DNA of 57,758 nucleotides from an uncultured Parcubacteria group bacterium (lineage in GTDB: Bacteria > Patescibacteriota > Minisyncoccia > UBA6257 > 2-01-FULL-56-20): NCBI GenBank assembly GCA_903911245.1, contig CAIWCR010000028.1, positions 1 to 57,758 of the forward strand. Reading direction: 5' to 3'. The notes beneath the pieces were generated by a model. It did not search any database and was not told the origin of the DNA. It saw only the letters and a list, made by a program, of their open reading frames with translations. This document shows, one piece after another, positions 39,392-48,272 of this stretch. Both the position numbers and the translations under genes were made by a program. The first letter of the stretch is position 1. The number at the start of each line of letters is the position of its first letter.

Positions 39392-40006
39392 TTATAATAA
39401 AGGAACGATGCTCCCAACGTTTCTGCCATTTATTTTGTTTTTTACAACCTTGAACGAGGTAGGAGCTTCTAACCCGATAATCATCATCGGTACAGTGAGA
39501 ACATTATTGAGAGGAATCAGATATCGGCAAACTTTCTCGAATTCTCCGACAGCGCTATCAAATGCGCCGGCAATTTTCAGTTTTTTTGTAGTGCAAATCA
39601 CGACTCCAACCTCCGTCTGGACGGCTTTTTTGACATGGTTCATCTCGCTCGCTAGTACCGGCTTCAGCAAGTTCCATGCTATGGCTTCCCCGTGGTTAAA
39701 GGCGACCTCAATCGAAACCGAATCTTTTGCAAAATCAAGCCTCCATTTTTTTTCTTTCATGTATCCTTCTTGCTGGAATATTGGTGCTTCTTTTAGCCAG
39801 CCCTTTTCGATAAAGCGTTCCTTGAGAAGATCGTTTATGGCATACGAAAGACTCATCTTCTTTGAATATTTTGATTCGTGTCTCGTCTGGATGTCTGCAT
39901 CGGATATGCCCAAGATAACGTCGGTAAGCTCCTTATATATGGAAGCATAGCGCTCTTCGTTGAGGATTATGTCACCGTTCCTATGTGCTTTGGTTACAAA
40001 TTTCAT
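39392..40006 (-). CDS. BglII/BstYI-like restriction endonuclease family protein
   Basis: WRLDFAKDSVSIEVAFNHGEAIAWNLLKPVL resembles the BglII core (IDF.KD.V.IEVQFGKY.F..YDL). The third catalytic position is Ala here. Confidence 0.5.
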   Translation of the reverse strand: MKFVTKAHRNGDIILNEERYASIYKELTDVILGISDADIQTRHESKYSKKMSLSYAINDLLKERFIEKGWLKEAPIFQQEGYMKEKKWRLDFAKDSVSIEVAFNHGEAIAWNLLKPVLASEMNHVKKAVQTEVGVVICTTKKLKIAGAFDSAVGEFEKVCRYLIPLNNVLTVPMMIIGLEAPTSFKVVKNKINGRNVGSIVPLL

Positions 40007-40180
40007 GGGATAGAAATTAATGGATTAATATCTAAAGGATAGATCAAAACTAGCCGATAGTCGATCTGTCATGTTATTGTTTACCAGGTGTGGGTTTTAA
40101 AACCTGTGTATTACTCGATCTTGATCAAATAATGTCTTTGTGATAGGATTTCTATAAATGATTTTAATTTTATTAACACA

Positions 40181-41455
40181 ATGACTTCAAGGAATAAAGG
40201 GACGGATAAGGAGCTTCGGGTGGTAGAGCTTTTTGCAGGAGTCGGCGGGTTCCGGCTCGGGCTTTGCGGTACTGCTAAAAAACCATTCAAAGGATATAGG
40301 ATTGTTTGGGCAAATCAATGGGAGCCTTCTGGTCGCACCCAGCATGCTGCTATGGTTTATTCCGAGCGATTCCATAACGGGGCAAAACCCAACGAATATT
40401 TTAATGAGGATATAAACAAGGTTGTCGAGATTAAAAATTTTCCAGTTCCGGACCATGATTTATTGGTCGGCGGCTTCCCCTGTCAGGATTATTCAGTCGC
40501 CCGGACATTGAGTCATGCTGCGGGTATCGAAGGGAAAAAGGGTGTTCTCTGGTGGGCAATCCATAAGATTCTCCAAAGGAGGGCGCCTCAGTATGTCATG
40601 CTGGAAAACGTCGATCGCCTCTTAAAATCTCCGGCTTCCCAGCGAGGGAGGGACTTCGGTATCATACTAGCTTCCTTATCCGATCTCGGGTACGCCGTGG
40701 AATGGCGGGTTGTGAACGCTGCAGATTATGGAATGCCCCAACGCAGGAAAAGAACTTTTATTCTGGGCTATAAAAAAGGAACTTCTCTCTATAATAAACT
40801 GACCCATGCAAAACCACTGGACTGGCTAACCAAAGACGGCGTCGTCGCTGATGCGTTCCCAGTAAGGGATTTTGAAGTTGCTTTCATTCCTCGATTCATA
40901 GAGATAGAAGGAAGCCTCGATGAAGTTTCAAAAAAATTCAAATTCTCCTTTGAAAACTCCGGCCTTATGTTTGGACGGAAATTTATAACTACTAAAACGA
41001 CGCCTCATGATTATGAGACGACAACTCTCGGCTCAATTCTGCTTCCTATTGAAGCGGTTCCAAAAGAATTTTTTATCTCAAAAAGTGAACTGGCCCAATG
41101 GAAGCGTCTGAAAGGTAGTAAAAAAGAAATTCGTTCTTCGAAAAACGGCTTTACTTACACTTACGCCGAAGGATCAATGGCTTTTCCTGATTATCTCGAC
41201 CGACCGTCACGCACTATCGTGACGGGAGAAGGAGGCCCCTCACCTTCCCGCTTTAAGCATGTTATAAAACAAGGAATCCATTATCGAAGACTTGCTCCAA
41301 TTGAGCTTGAACGTCTTTGTATGTTTCCGGACAATCATACCTCCTATCCCGGGATAGGAGATGCAAAGCGTGCATTTTTTATGGGTAATGCCCTAGTTGT
41401 CGGCGTTATCGAAAGACTCGGCCAATCTCTTCTAAAAGCCAATAAAAATCTCTAG
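40181..41455 (+). CDS. dcm: DNA (cytosine-5)-methyltransferase
   Basis: Motif I ELFAGVGGFRLGL, motif IV GGFPCQDYS, motif VI MLENVDRL, motif VIII QRRKRTFILG, motif X GNALVVGV. Confidence 0.93.
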   Translation: MTSRNKGTDKELRVVELFAGVGGFRLGLCGTAKKPFKGYRIVWANQWEPSGRTQHAAMVYSERFHNGAKPNEYFNEDINKVVEIKNFPVPDHDLLVGGFPCQDYSVARTLSHAAGIEGKKGVLWWAIHKILQRRAPQYVMLENVDRLLKSPASQRGRDFGIILASLSDLGYAVEWRVVNAADYGMPQRRKRTFILGYKKGTSLYNKLTHAKPLDWLTKDGVVADAFPVRDFEVAFIPRFIEIEGSLDEVSKKFKFSFENSGLMFGRKFITTKTTPHDYETTTLGSILLPIEAVPKEFFISKSELAQWKRLKGSKKEIRSSKNGFTYTYAEGSMAFPDYLDRPSRTIVTGEGGPSPSRFKHVIKQGIHYRRLAPIELERLCMFPDNHTSYPGIGDAKRAFFMGNALVVGVIERLGQSLLKANKNL

Positions 41456-41702
41456 TGCTCTATCTATTAGTTTATTAATTTGTTCTGCAATGCCAAAGAA
41501 CTTTTAGTTTTAATATGGATAAGGCAAAGCCTTTGCCCATAGCCCATAGAAAGCCGGCTCCACACTATAAAAACCACGCCTAGACCAAAATTTGTGGCTT
41601 AATCACCATTCAAAAACGAGCATAAGTTCTAAATTTGTAATATTCAACCAAGGGGACTTTCCATATTTCCGAAAAAGAGTTTTAGTTAGCTCTAATCGAA
41701 AT

Positions 41703-41849
41703 ATGAAAAAAGATAATAATAAATTTGCAAAACTCTGCCGAAAAATAATCGAGCATCTTAACCATTGTGAGGTATTCGAGAAAGAAGAAGAGGAAATGAT
41801 GAAATTAGCAAAAGAGCTTCTGATTGTCACATCAAAACAAATAGATTGA
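41703..41849 (+). CDS. Small hypothetical protein (48 aa)
   Basis: The ATG at 41703 gives MKKDNNKFAKLCRKIIEHLNHCEVFEKEEEEMMKLAKELLIVTSKQID, followed by the hairpin repeat. No homology was recognised. Confidence 0.3.
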   Translation: MKKDNNKFAKLCRKIIEHLNHCEVFEKEEEEMMKLAKELLIVTSKQID

Positions 41850-41858
41850 GAATTTTCA

Positions 41859-41899
41859 GTTTTTCGGTTTTTCTTTCCCTAGGGAAGCGGAAAACCGAA
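41859..41899 (+). repeat. Hairpin element copy A (terminator-like), related to 51021..51065
   Basis: TTTTCGGTTTT...TTCCCTAGGGAA...AAAACCGAAAA, with an 11-bp outer and a 5-bp inner stem. It lies 10 nt after a plus-strand stop codon. Confidence 0.6.
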
Positions 41900-41931
41900 A
41901 AGCTAGTATCTATCGGATTTCCGTTTTTACC

Positions 41932-42180
41932 TTACTGTTCCCTATCCCCTCCTTCCTTTCTCATGAGATATATCATCCATGCGTAATCAAGTGGAATATA
42001 CTCAATAATATATCCGTTTTCGCACTTTGCTGAACATTCTTCAACGATTTCTAGGACATCGTGTTGCTCGTCCATTGTTAGCTTCTTACCTATATGCTTC
42101 TCGAGTTCGATAATCAAATGGTCCAACATTGCCATCTCTTCTTGTACGGCCGTCTTCTTTTGCAGTTTGAAGAACATCAT
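41932..42180 (-). CDS. Hypothetical protein (82 aa)
   Basis: Last ORF of the XRE-ImmA-SppA minus-strand block. No motif was recognised. Confidence 0.4.
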   Translation of the reverse strand: MMFFKLQKKTAVQEEMAMLDHLIIELEKHIGKKLTMDEQHDVLEIVEECSAKCENGYIIEYIPLDYAWMIYLMRKEGGDREQ

Positions 42181-42254
42181 CCAAGATGTATTTGGGAAGC
42201 ATGTCTTTAAGTTTGATTTTCTTTTGTCGTTTATTCATAAGGCTTTGTTACAAA

Positions 42255-43070
42255 TTACTGGCACAACGTAACATCTTCCCCTATTTTTCCCTTGAGATAA
42301 TTTTGAACGTCATAAATATTTCCGATTTTATCAATCAGCTTGTTTTGTAGTGCCATCTTACCGAGCATCGAAGAACCATCAGCAATTGTGGTTACGCTTG
42401 CCACGGAGAGATTGCGATTCCGTGCTACGGAACTGATGAAGTTCTGCATCATGATATTAAGATCTCGCTGAAATAATGCCTTTTCTTCTGTTGTAAGCGG
42501 GGTATCTGGATTCCCGGCATCTTTATACTTCCCGGCAGTAAGTGAAACGAACGTCTGACCATTTTGTTCATTTTGTTTAACATTATCAAGATATGATTGC
42601 GTAACTCCGATATCAACGAGGGTTGAATTTGCGGACGCAAAGATCGTTTCTGCGCCTGTTGCAGCCCAATAGGCTGCTGATGTGCCCATGTCTCCCACAA
42701 GAGCTACGGTTGGCTTGTTGGCATGTTTCAATGCGGTTGCAATATCTTCTCCAGCCACCGGGTTTCCGCCAAATGAATCAATGTGCAAAACAATGGCTTT
42801 GATATTTGGATCAGCATCCGCCATCTCAATCTGCTGGCGTATATCTTCGGAGGCTGTCTGATTGAGCGTGTTTGATGCGTCGTTGCCGTTTTCATTCGGA
42901 TAATAGACGACCGAACCGTAAAGCTGTACCACTGCTACATTGCAACTTTTTGGTTGCTGGTTCCAATATTCAGAAAGACTAATGACGCCACCAATAAGAA
43001 TGGCGAGGGCGACTAGTCCAAGAACCGTAACCATCAAAGATTCTTTTGTTGATTGAAGATTGAATTTCAT
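42255..43070 (-). CDS. sppA: Signal peptide peptidase SppA-type (S49) serine protease, membrane anchored
   Basis: N-terminal TM helix, IKAIVLHIDSFGGNPVAGEDI, and GDMGTSAAYWAATGAETIFAS (catalytic Ser context). Confidence 0.8.
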   Translation of the reverse strand: MKFNLQSTKESLMVTVLGLVALAILIGGVISLSEYWNQQPKSCNVAVVQLYGSVVYYPNENGNDASNTLNQTASEDIRQQIEMADADPNIKAIVLHIDSFGGNPVAGEDIATALKHANKPTVALVGDMGTSAAYWAATGAETIFASANSTLVDIGVTQSYLDNVKQNEQNGQTFVSLTAGKYKDAGNPDTPLTTEEKALFQRDLNIMMQNFISSVARNRNLSVASVTTIADGSSMLGKMALQNKLIDKIGNIYDVQNYLKGKIGEDVTLCQ

Positions 43071-43098
43071 ATTTTAAGGGATAATGAATTTAAGTTTT

Positions 43099-43608
43099 TT
43101 ATTTTATAAGTTTCAGATTAATAAGTCTGAAATTCATAGCTTGTTCGCTCACGCCATATTTTTTAGCAAGGACTTTTAAATGCTTTGTTGAAAAATCGCC
43201 TTTCACTATTTTTCGAAAATCTTTTTCCATATTTGTCTTTGGCATTAAAATTGCCGCTGCATATCTGTCGGCTTCTTTCTCTTTTATATTTCTTAACGGT
43301 TTATCACTTGGATTTCTGTGTTCGAGATAATCGACAAATGCTTTTTGCGTATGATGCAAGAAAAGATGACCCAACTCGTGAGCAATCGTGAATCTTTGTC
43401 TCGTTACTGCTTCTTTGCTGTTGAGTCCTATTAATGCCTCACCTTTTTTTCTAATAAGGAGACCAGAAAATTCTTCGCTTGGTGCACGACTTATGCGGAT
43501 ATTACATTTTTTTGCAATATCTTCTACGGGAACGGGAATTGATTCAATAGCAAGAGATTGCAATAGTTCATCAGCCTTATTTTCAATGCGTTGTATTATT
43601 TTATCCAT
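43099..43608 (-). CDS. ImmA/IrrE-family (M78) metallopeptidase
   Basis: HELGHLFLH (HExxH) in a 169-aa protein. It overlaps the upstream XRE gene by 8 nt. Confidence 0.85.
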   Translation of the reverse strand: MDKIIQRIENKADELLQSLAIESIPVPVEDIAKKCNIRISRAPSEEFSGLLIRKKGEALIGLNSKEAVTRQRFTIAHELGHLFLHHTQKAFVDYLEHRNPSDKPLRNIKEKEADRYAAAILMPKTNMEKDFRKIVKGDFSTKHLKVLAKKYGVSEQAMNFRLINLKLIK

Positions 43609-43960
43609 GATTTTTGAAAAGATCTTTTGCCCACATTACTGCCTTCTCATCTTCCTTGGCTATTGATTGTAAATCGATTTTACTGAGGGAAAAACCACGA
43701 GGAATTATTGGAAAGAAGTTTTCTGTTTTACATCCGAGGAGGCAGGCAAGTTTCCATAAAAGTACCGCGTTGACGTTATTTCTGCCCGTTTCGATTTGTG
43801 TCAGTGCTTCACGGGTCATGCCCAACTCTGCCGCCACTCGTGCTGCGCTATGATTCTGTTTCTTTCGTATCTCCTGAACCTTTCTTCCGATTCCCTTTTT
43901 TATTTCGGAATCGGGTGATGTCCACTCCTTATTTATTGTACCCTTCTTTTTTGTTTTCAT
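43601..43960 (-). CDS. XRE-family helix-turn-helix transcriptional regulator
   Basis: IGRKVQEIRKKQNHSAARVAAELGMTREALTQIETGRNNVNAVLLWKLACLLG. The start is set at ATG 43960. Confidence 0.85.
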   Translation of the reverse strand: MKTKKKGTINKEWTSPDSEIKKGIGRKVQEIRKKQNHSAARVAAELGMTREALTQIETGRNNVNAVLLWKLACLLGCKTENFFPIIPRGFSLSKIDLQSIAKEDEKAVMWAKDLFKNHG

Positions 43961-44000
43961 TTTATTAAAACGTGCAAAACTTGTTTTATATAGTACCATA

Positions 44001-44017
44001 TGTTACTCACAGTAACA
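44001..44017. promoter_or_regulatory. Candidate operator palindrome in the divergent XRE / M16-operon control region
   Basis: TGTTACT-cac-AGTAACA, with 7-bp perfect arms, about 40 nt upstream of the XRE start and about 85 nt upstream of the M16 gene. Confidence 0.4.
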
Positions 44018-44100
44018 AATGACACATCTAATTCCGTTGCTATTTCGAGAAGATATAACCATACTTAAGAAGTTGAATGAAGAAAATAAGATAAGCTTCA

Positions 44101-45354
44101 ATGAAAATAAACGAAACAGTAAGAAAAGACGGACTTCGCATCATTACATGTCATGTTCCTCAAAAAAAGACCGTTCTTGTGGAACTTATTGCTCGAGTTG
44201 GTTATGCATGCGACCCAATTAATAAGCCAGGTCTTTTTCATACACTTGAACACATGGTATTTGAAGGAACGGAAAAACGTACTGCAAAGGAATTATCGGC
44301 ATTTGCCTCCAAAAATTTTTTTGGCAACAATGCTTCAACTGGGACACTTGCAACGACCTATGAGGTGACAACGATAGATAGAAAATTTCCACTGGCGTGT
44401 GAGTATCTTTGCGATATTTATTTCAATGCGACGATACCCGTCCCAGGACTGAAAAAAGAAAAAGGGCCTATCTTACTCGAAATCGCAAGAAAAAAGGATT
44501 CTGACAATTCCATCGGAAGCATGGCCTTGAATGAGTGTTTATACAAGGAAAATCCATCTCGTTGCGATGGCGTCGGTACTTCGGCCGGAATAGGAAGAAT
44601 TCATCGTGCCGATCTTATAGATCAAAAAAATAAATGGTATATTCCCTCGAATACCATTGCGCTTGCGGTCGGAAACATAAATCATGACGATTTCGTAAAA
44701 GAAATAAACAAGCGAATTCCGTTGTCCTTGAAAAAAGTTTCTTTATGCCAATGGGGCGACGAAGCGAACGATCCTCCTGTAAAAAAGGAAATGATCATTA
44801 AAAAACCGAAGCGCGAGAAAACAATGCTTTTTCTTGGATGTAAAATTCCCAAAAATCTTGATGTACGACAGGAGGAAGCATTTTCTTTGTTTAGTAAATT
44901 AATTGGCCGTGGATTCGATTCACCCCTCTGGCATGAAATTAGGGAGAGAAGAGGCTTGGCATATAGTATTCAAAGTAACTATTCTGGAATCGCCGGCTTG
45001 AGTAGTAGATTTATCGTATACGCTGAGACGAGCCAGTCAAAATCGTCACAAGTCGAAAAATTGATATGGCAGGTACTTGTGAAGCCTCTTCCTGATAATG
45101 GCAAATTCGAGGAATTAAGAGAGAAGGTATTTAATGCGTTTGAGGTGGATGTTATTGAAAACAACGAACTCGATTACTTCGAAGGTCTTATATGGAAAAA
45201 GATAGTCGATGGAGATCCGGTAAAAATGGCGGAACAGGAAGATAAAAAACGCCTTAAGGCGATTGCCAGTCTTTCGCTGAAAGATCTTGAAGCGGTTCGG
45301 AAGCAATTTATTCGTCCAGAGCGATTCGCGAAAGTTCTTATAGAACCAGAATAA
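44101..45354 (+). CDS. M16 (pitrilysin/insulinase) family zinc peptidase
   Basis: LFHTLEHMVFEGTEKRTAKEL contains the inverted zinc motif HxxEH. 417 aa with two M16 lobes. Confidence 0.8.
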   Translation: MKINETVRKDGLRIITCHVPQKKTVLVELIARVGYACDPINKPGLFHTLEHMVFEGTEKRTAKELSAFASKNFFGNNASTGTLATTYEVTTIDRKFPLACEYLCDIYFNATIPVPGLKKEKGPILLEIARKKDSDNSIGSMALNECLYKENPSRCDGVGTSAGIGRIHRADLIDQKNKWYIPSNTIALAVGNINHDDFVKEINKRIPLSLKKVSLCQWGDEANDPPVKKEMIIKKPKREKTMLFLGCKIPKNLDVRQEEAFSLFSKLIGRGFDSPLWHEIRERRGLAYSIQSNYSGIAGLSSRFIVYAETSQSKSSQVEKLIWQVLVKPLPDNGKFEELREKVFNAFEVDVIENNELDYFEGLIWKKIVDGDPVKMAEQEDKKRLKAIASLSLKDLEAVRKQFIRPERFAKVLIEPE

Positions 45355-45408
45355 TGTTTTGTTTTGTTAATTATTAAAGAGTCGAAACAAAAATAATCAA
45401 TATCGATC

Positions 45409-46320
45409 ATGAGAGAACCCATTATCAGCGATCAAGATTTTATAAGGCGTCTTTCGGAAGAAGAAAGAAAGCACGCAGGGTTTATTTCGACAAAAGAGAT
45501 TTTCCCTTTGGTTTGCGAACATGCGGCGCTTTTGGAGAGCGGTATAAAACCTGTCGGCGCCATCCCGACGGGTTTTATAAAACTGGACAAAGCGCTCATC
45601 GGATTGAAAAAAGCGGATCTTATCGTTGTCGGCGCAGAACCTTGCGTAGGAAAGACTGCCTTTGTTCTTAGTCTTGCGGAGAATATGGCGCATAAGGGGA
45701 TGAAGGTTGGAATCTTTTCTCTCGACACGTTAAGAGAAAAAATAATGCAGCGGTTAATAGCGATTCGAACATCAATTCCATTATGGCGCATCGTCACTGG
45801 TCGGTTAAATAAGGGCGACATGAAGCGTATTGAGCAATGCGCCGAGAGTTTCAAGAAGTTACCATTATATATCGACGACGAGACAGATCTTGATGTTTTG
45901 GAACTACGTTCAAGAGCGACTGAACTTAGGGATAAAGATGGATTGGATTTTTTGATAGTGGATTGTTTTCAGTTTATCCGTTCATTTGATAATGAACCCC
46001 ATAATCTAAACAGGGTCGCTTGTGGTCTCAAAATGATTGCCGTTGAATTGAATATCTCCATTGTTATTACTTTGAATATGGAACGAAAGCAATCCGATCA
46101 TCACTTTCCGAATTTTCACGACATCCGCCAATGGTCACTGGATCGATATGCGGATGTTGTATTAATGCTTCGTCAAAGTAATCAATTTGAGGTCGATGGA
46201 TCCATACGACCGATTGACATCTTTGTTTTAAAGAATAAAAATGGTCCAACAGGGATGGTTGAGCTTGGTTTTGATTACGAGTTGGCGAGTTTCATCGACG
46301 CGGTAGAATCAAAGAAATAA
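45409..46320 (+). CDS. DnaB-family helicase C-terminal (RecA-like) domain protein lacking the N-terminal domain
   Basis: GAIPTGFIKLDKALIGLKKADLIVVGAEPCVGKTAFVLSLAENMA (Walker A), LDFLIVDCFQFI (Walker B), VLKNKNGPTGMVELGF. It aligns by eye with DnaB residues ~180-470. Confidence 0.8.
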   Translation: MREPIISDQDFIRRLSEEERKHAGFISTKEIFPLVCEHAALLESGIKPVGAIPTGFIKLDKALIGLKKADLIVVGAEPCVGKTAFVLSLAENMAHKGMKVGIFSLDTLREKIMQRLIAIRTSIPLWRIVTGRLNKGDMKRIEQCAESFKKLPLYIDDETDLDVLELRSRATELRDKDGLDFLIVDCFQFIRSFDNEPHNLNRVACGLKMIAVELNISIVITLNMERKQSDHHFPNFHDIRQWSLDRYADVVLMLRQSNQFEVDGSIRPIDIFVLKNKNGPTGMVELGFDYELASFIDAVESKK

Positions 46321-46330
46321 CATAATTAAT

Positions 46331-47089
46331 ATGTCTCAATACTATAAGCCACAAAAAACAAGAAATCTTTTTGATCCAAAGTCAAAAGAGCCTTTTGTGG
46401 TAAGCCGAAGCGGAATCGATCTCTTTATACAATGTCCGCGATGCTTTTATCTCGACAAGAGGCTTGGCACCGCACGACCACCGGGATTCCCCTTCAGTTT
46501 GAATTCTGCCGTAGACGCTCTTCTCAAAAAAGAATTTGACATGCATCGAGCTAAGGGATCGACCCATCCGCTTATGGAAGAATATGGTATTGATGCCGTA
46601 CCTCTCGCAGATGAGAGACTTGATGAGTGGCGTGATTCATTAAGGAATGGGATAAAATATTTTCATGAACCAACGAATCTTATAATTCGTGGCGGTATTG
46701 ATGACGTATGGACAAGGCCAAACGGAGAATTGTATATCGTGGATTATAAAGCAACGTCAAAAAACGAAGAGGTTAACCTTGATGCCGAATGGCAAGATGG
46801 CTACAAACGACAAATGGAAGTGTATCAGTGGCTTTTCCGAAAAAATGGATTCAAGGTGTCAAATACGGGATATTTCGTTTATTGCAATGGAGATACCGAT
46901 AAAGAAGCGTTTGATGCCAAGCTCGAATTTGATATCAAAGTTATTCCTTATGAAGGCAATGATGAATGGATCGATGGCGTCATAACGGATTTGCACAAAT
47001 GTTTAATGGAAAAGAGTGTTCCGCGAGCGAAAGATTCCTGTGATTATTGTGCTTATTTCGAACGCCGGGCGTATCATGAGAAAAAATAA
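46331..47089 (+). CDS. Cas4/RecB-like PD-(D/E)XK nuclease with 4-Cys cluster
   Basis: N-terminal CPRCFYL, core GGIDDVW...LYIVDYKAT, C-terminal CDYCAY. This is the Cas4/AddB-type arrangement of one N-terminal and three C-terminal cysteines (the third Cys is not unambiguously placed). Confidence 0.65.
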   Translation: MSQYYKPQKTRNLFDPKSKEPFVVSRSGIDLFIQCPRCFYLDKRLGTARPPGFPFSLNSAVDALLKKEFDMHRAKGSTHPLMEEYGIDAVPLADERLDEWRDSLRNGIKYFHEPTNLIIRGGIDDVWTRPNGELYIVDYKATSKNEEVNLDAEWQDGYKRQMEVYQWLFRKNGFKVSNTGYFVYCNGDTDKEAFDAKLEFDIKVIPYEGNDEWIDGVITDLHKCLMEKSVPRAKDSCDYCAYFERRAYHEKK

Positions 47090-47109
47090 AAAATTTAATT
47101 AATTTAAAA

Positions 47110-47736
47110 ATGTCGAACAAATATTTTTTACAACTTGAAAAAGAATTCGGAAAATATGGTAGCTGGGCTTTGTGGGATAAGGACGGTAAAATTGAGCCAT
47201 TTGTTCAAATAAAAAATTCCGTACGTTTCATAAAAGATTCTATTAATCCGAATATTGTTTTTATGGGATTAAATGCTAGTCGTGATTTAAAAAAAGAAAT
47301 CGATTGGGCAAATTATCACTCAGATTTGAAACCTAAAAAGGGACGAACATGGAAGAAGGCTTCTTGTCGCAGGTTAGCAGAAATTATCCAACAGAAAGAG
47401 TTTTTTCCGTTTCGGGGTGCATATATGACCGATATTATTAAAACCAGATACGATTCGACAAGTGGAAAACTCAAAATATTTCTTAAGACTCATAAAAGCA
47501 TTCTTAACAAGAATAAAAAACTACTTGAAAGAGAGATGAAAATGCTTCAGAAAATTTCTGGTTCAAATAAATTTGTAATTATCTGCATTGGTGATGATAG
47601 TTTTGAAATTACTAAACAAATATTGGGAACGAATGAGAATTTATATAAAATTCCACATTATGCGATGCGTGGAATTGATGATGAAATAAGAGAAAAAATA
47701 CAACAAGGGCTAATAAAAATAATTAAGAAGCTATGA
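47110..47736 (+). CDS. Uracil-DNA-glycosylase-superfamily-like protein (tentative)
   Basis: The motif order is reminiscent of the UDG fold: IVFMGLNAS (motif A-like), GAYMTDIIK, FVIICIGDD, IPHYAMRG (motif B His). The call is weak. Confidence 0.35.
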   Translation: MSNKYFLQLEKEFGKYGSWALWDKDGKIEPFVQIKNSVRFIKDSINPNIVFMGLNASRDLKKEIDWANYHSDLKPKKGRTWKKASCRRLAEIIQQKEFFPFRGAYMTDIIKTRYDSTSGKLKIFLKTHKSILNKNKKLLEREMKMLQKISGSNKFVIICIGDDSFEITKQILGTNENLYKIPHYAMRGIDDEIREKIQQGLIKIIKKL

Positions 47737-47916
47737 TTCTGTTTCCGCGAACTCTTTTGGATTCATCCTGCGATATCTGATTTTGTTCTCGATTAAATGG
47801 ATGATACATCCGTCATTACTACAATTCGAGCTAGGGCATTTTGCGCAAGTCGGAACGAGGCATGAATATCTTTTTATGTTTTCTTCCCCCAAGTTTATCA
47901 AGCGACATCATTGTCT

Positions 47917-48183
47917 TTATTGGTTATTTCTATCTTCATTTATTGAATTCTGCTTAGATTGTACGGGCTTAATTCCTGCGCTCCATTTCCATACTTTCAC
48001 AGCCAACCAAGCCCCCGCAAGACCTCCTGTGATTTCTCCGATGGAAATTATTGCCTGCATTGTTTCTGCTGAGGAGTTCTCAAACATGAGACCGAGACAC
48101 AAGACAACACTAACGGTAATTATTTTCCCGGCTACGACAAAAGTAATAAGACCACCGATCAAACCAATTATTTTTTTCACCAT
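47917..48183 (-). CDS. Small membrane protein (88 aa, 2-3 TM helices)
   Basis: Hydrophobic segments IIGLIGGLITFVVAGKIITVSVVLCLGLM and ISIGEITGGLAGAWLAV. It lies downstream of the nuclease-like gene on the same strand. Confidence 0.5.
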   Translation of the reverse strand: MVKKIIGLIGGLITFVVAGKIITVSVVLCLGLMFENSSAETMQAIISIGEITGGLAGAWLAVKVWKWSAGIKPVQSKQNSINEDRNNQ

Positions 48184-48272
48184 TTATTTTTCTATTTTTA
48201 ATTTTTCCGACCTTTACCACCGCATCGAGCTAATTAAAAATCGGTTTTGTAAAAAAGAAAACAAATCTGTCG

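Noticed and set aside
45409-46320. Annotating the DnaB-like gene as the host replicative helicase dnaB
   Set aside because: It lacks the ~150-aa N-terminal domain and lies inside the integrated element.
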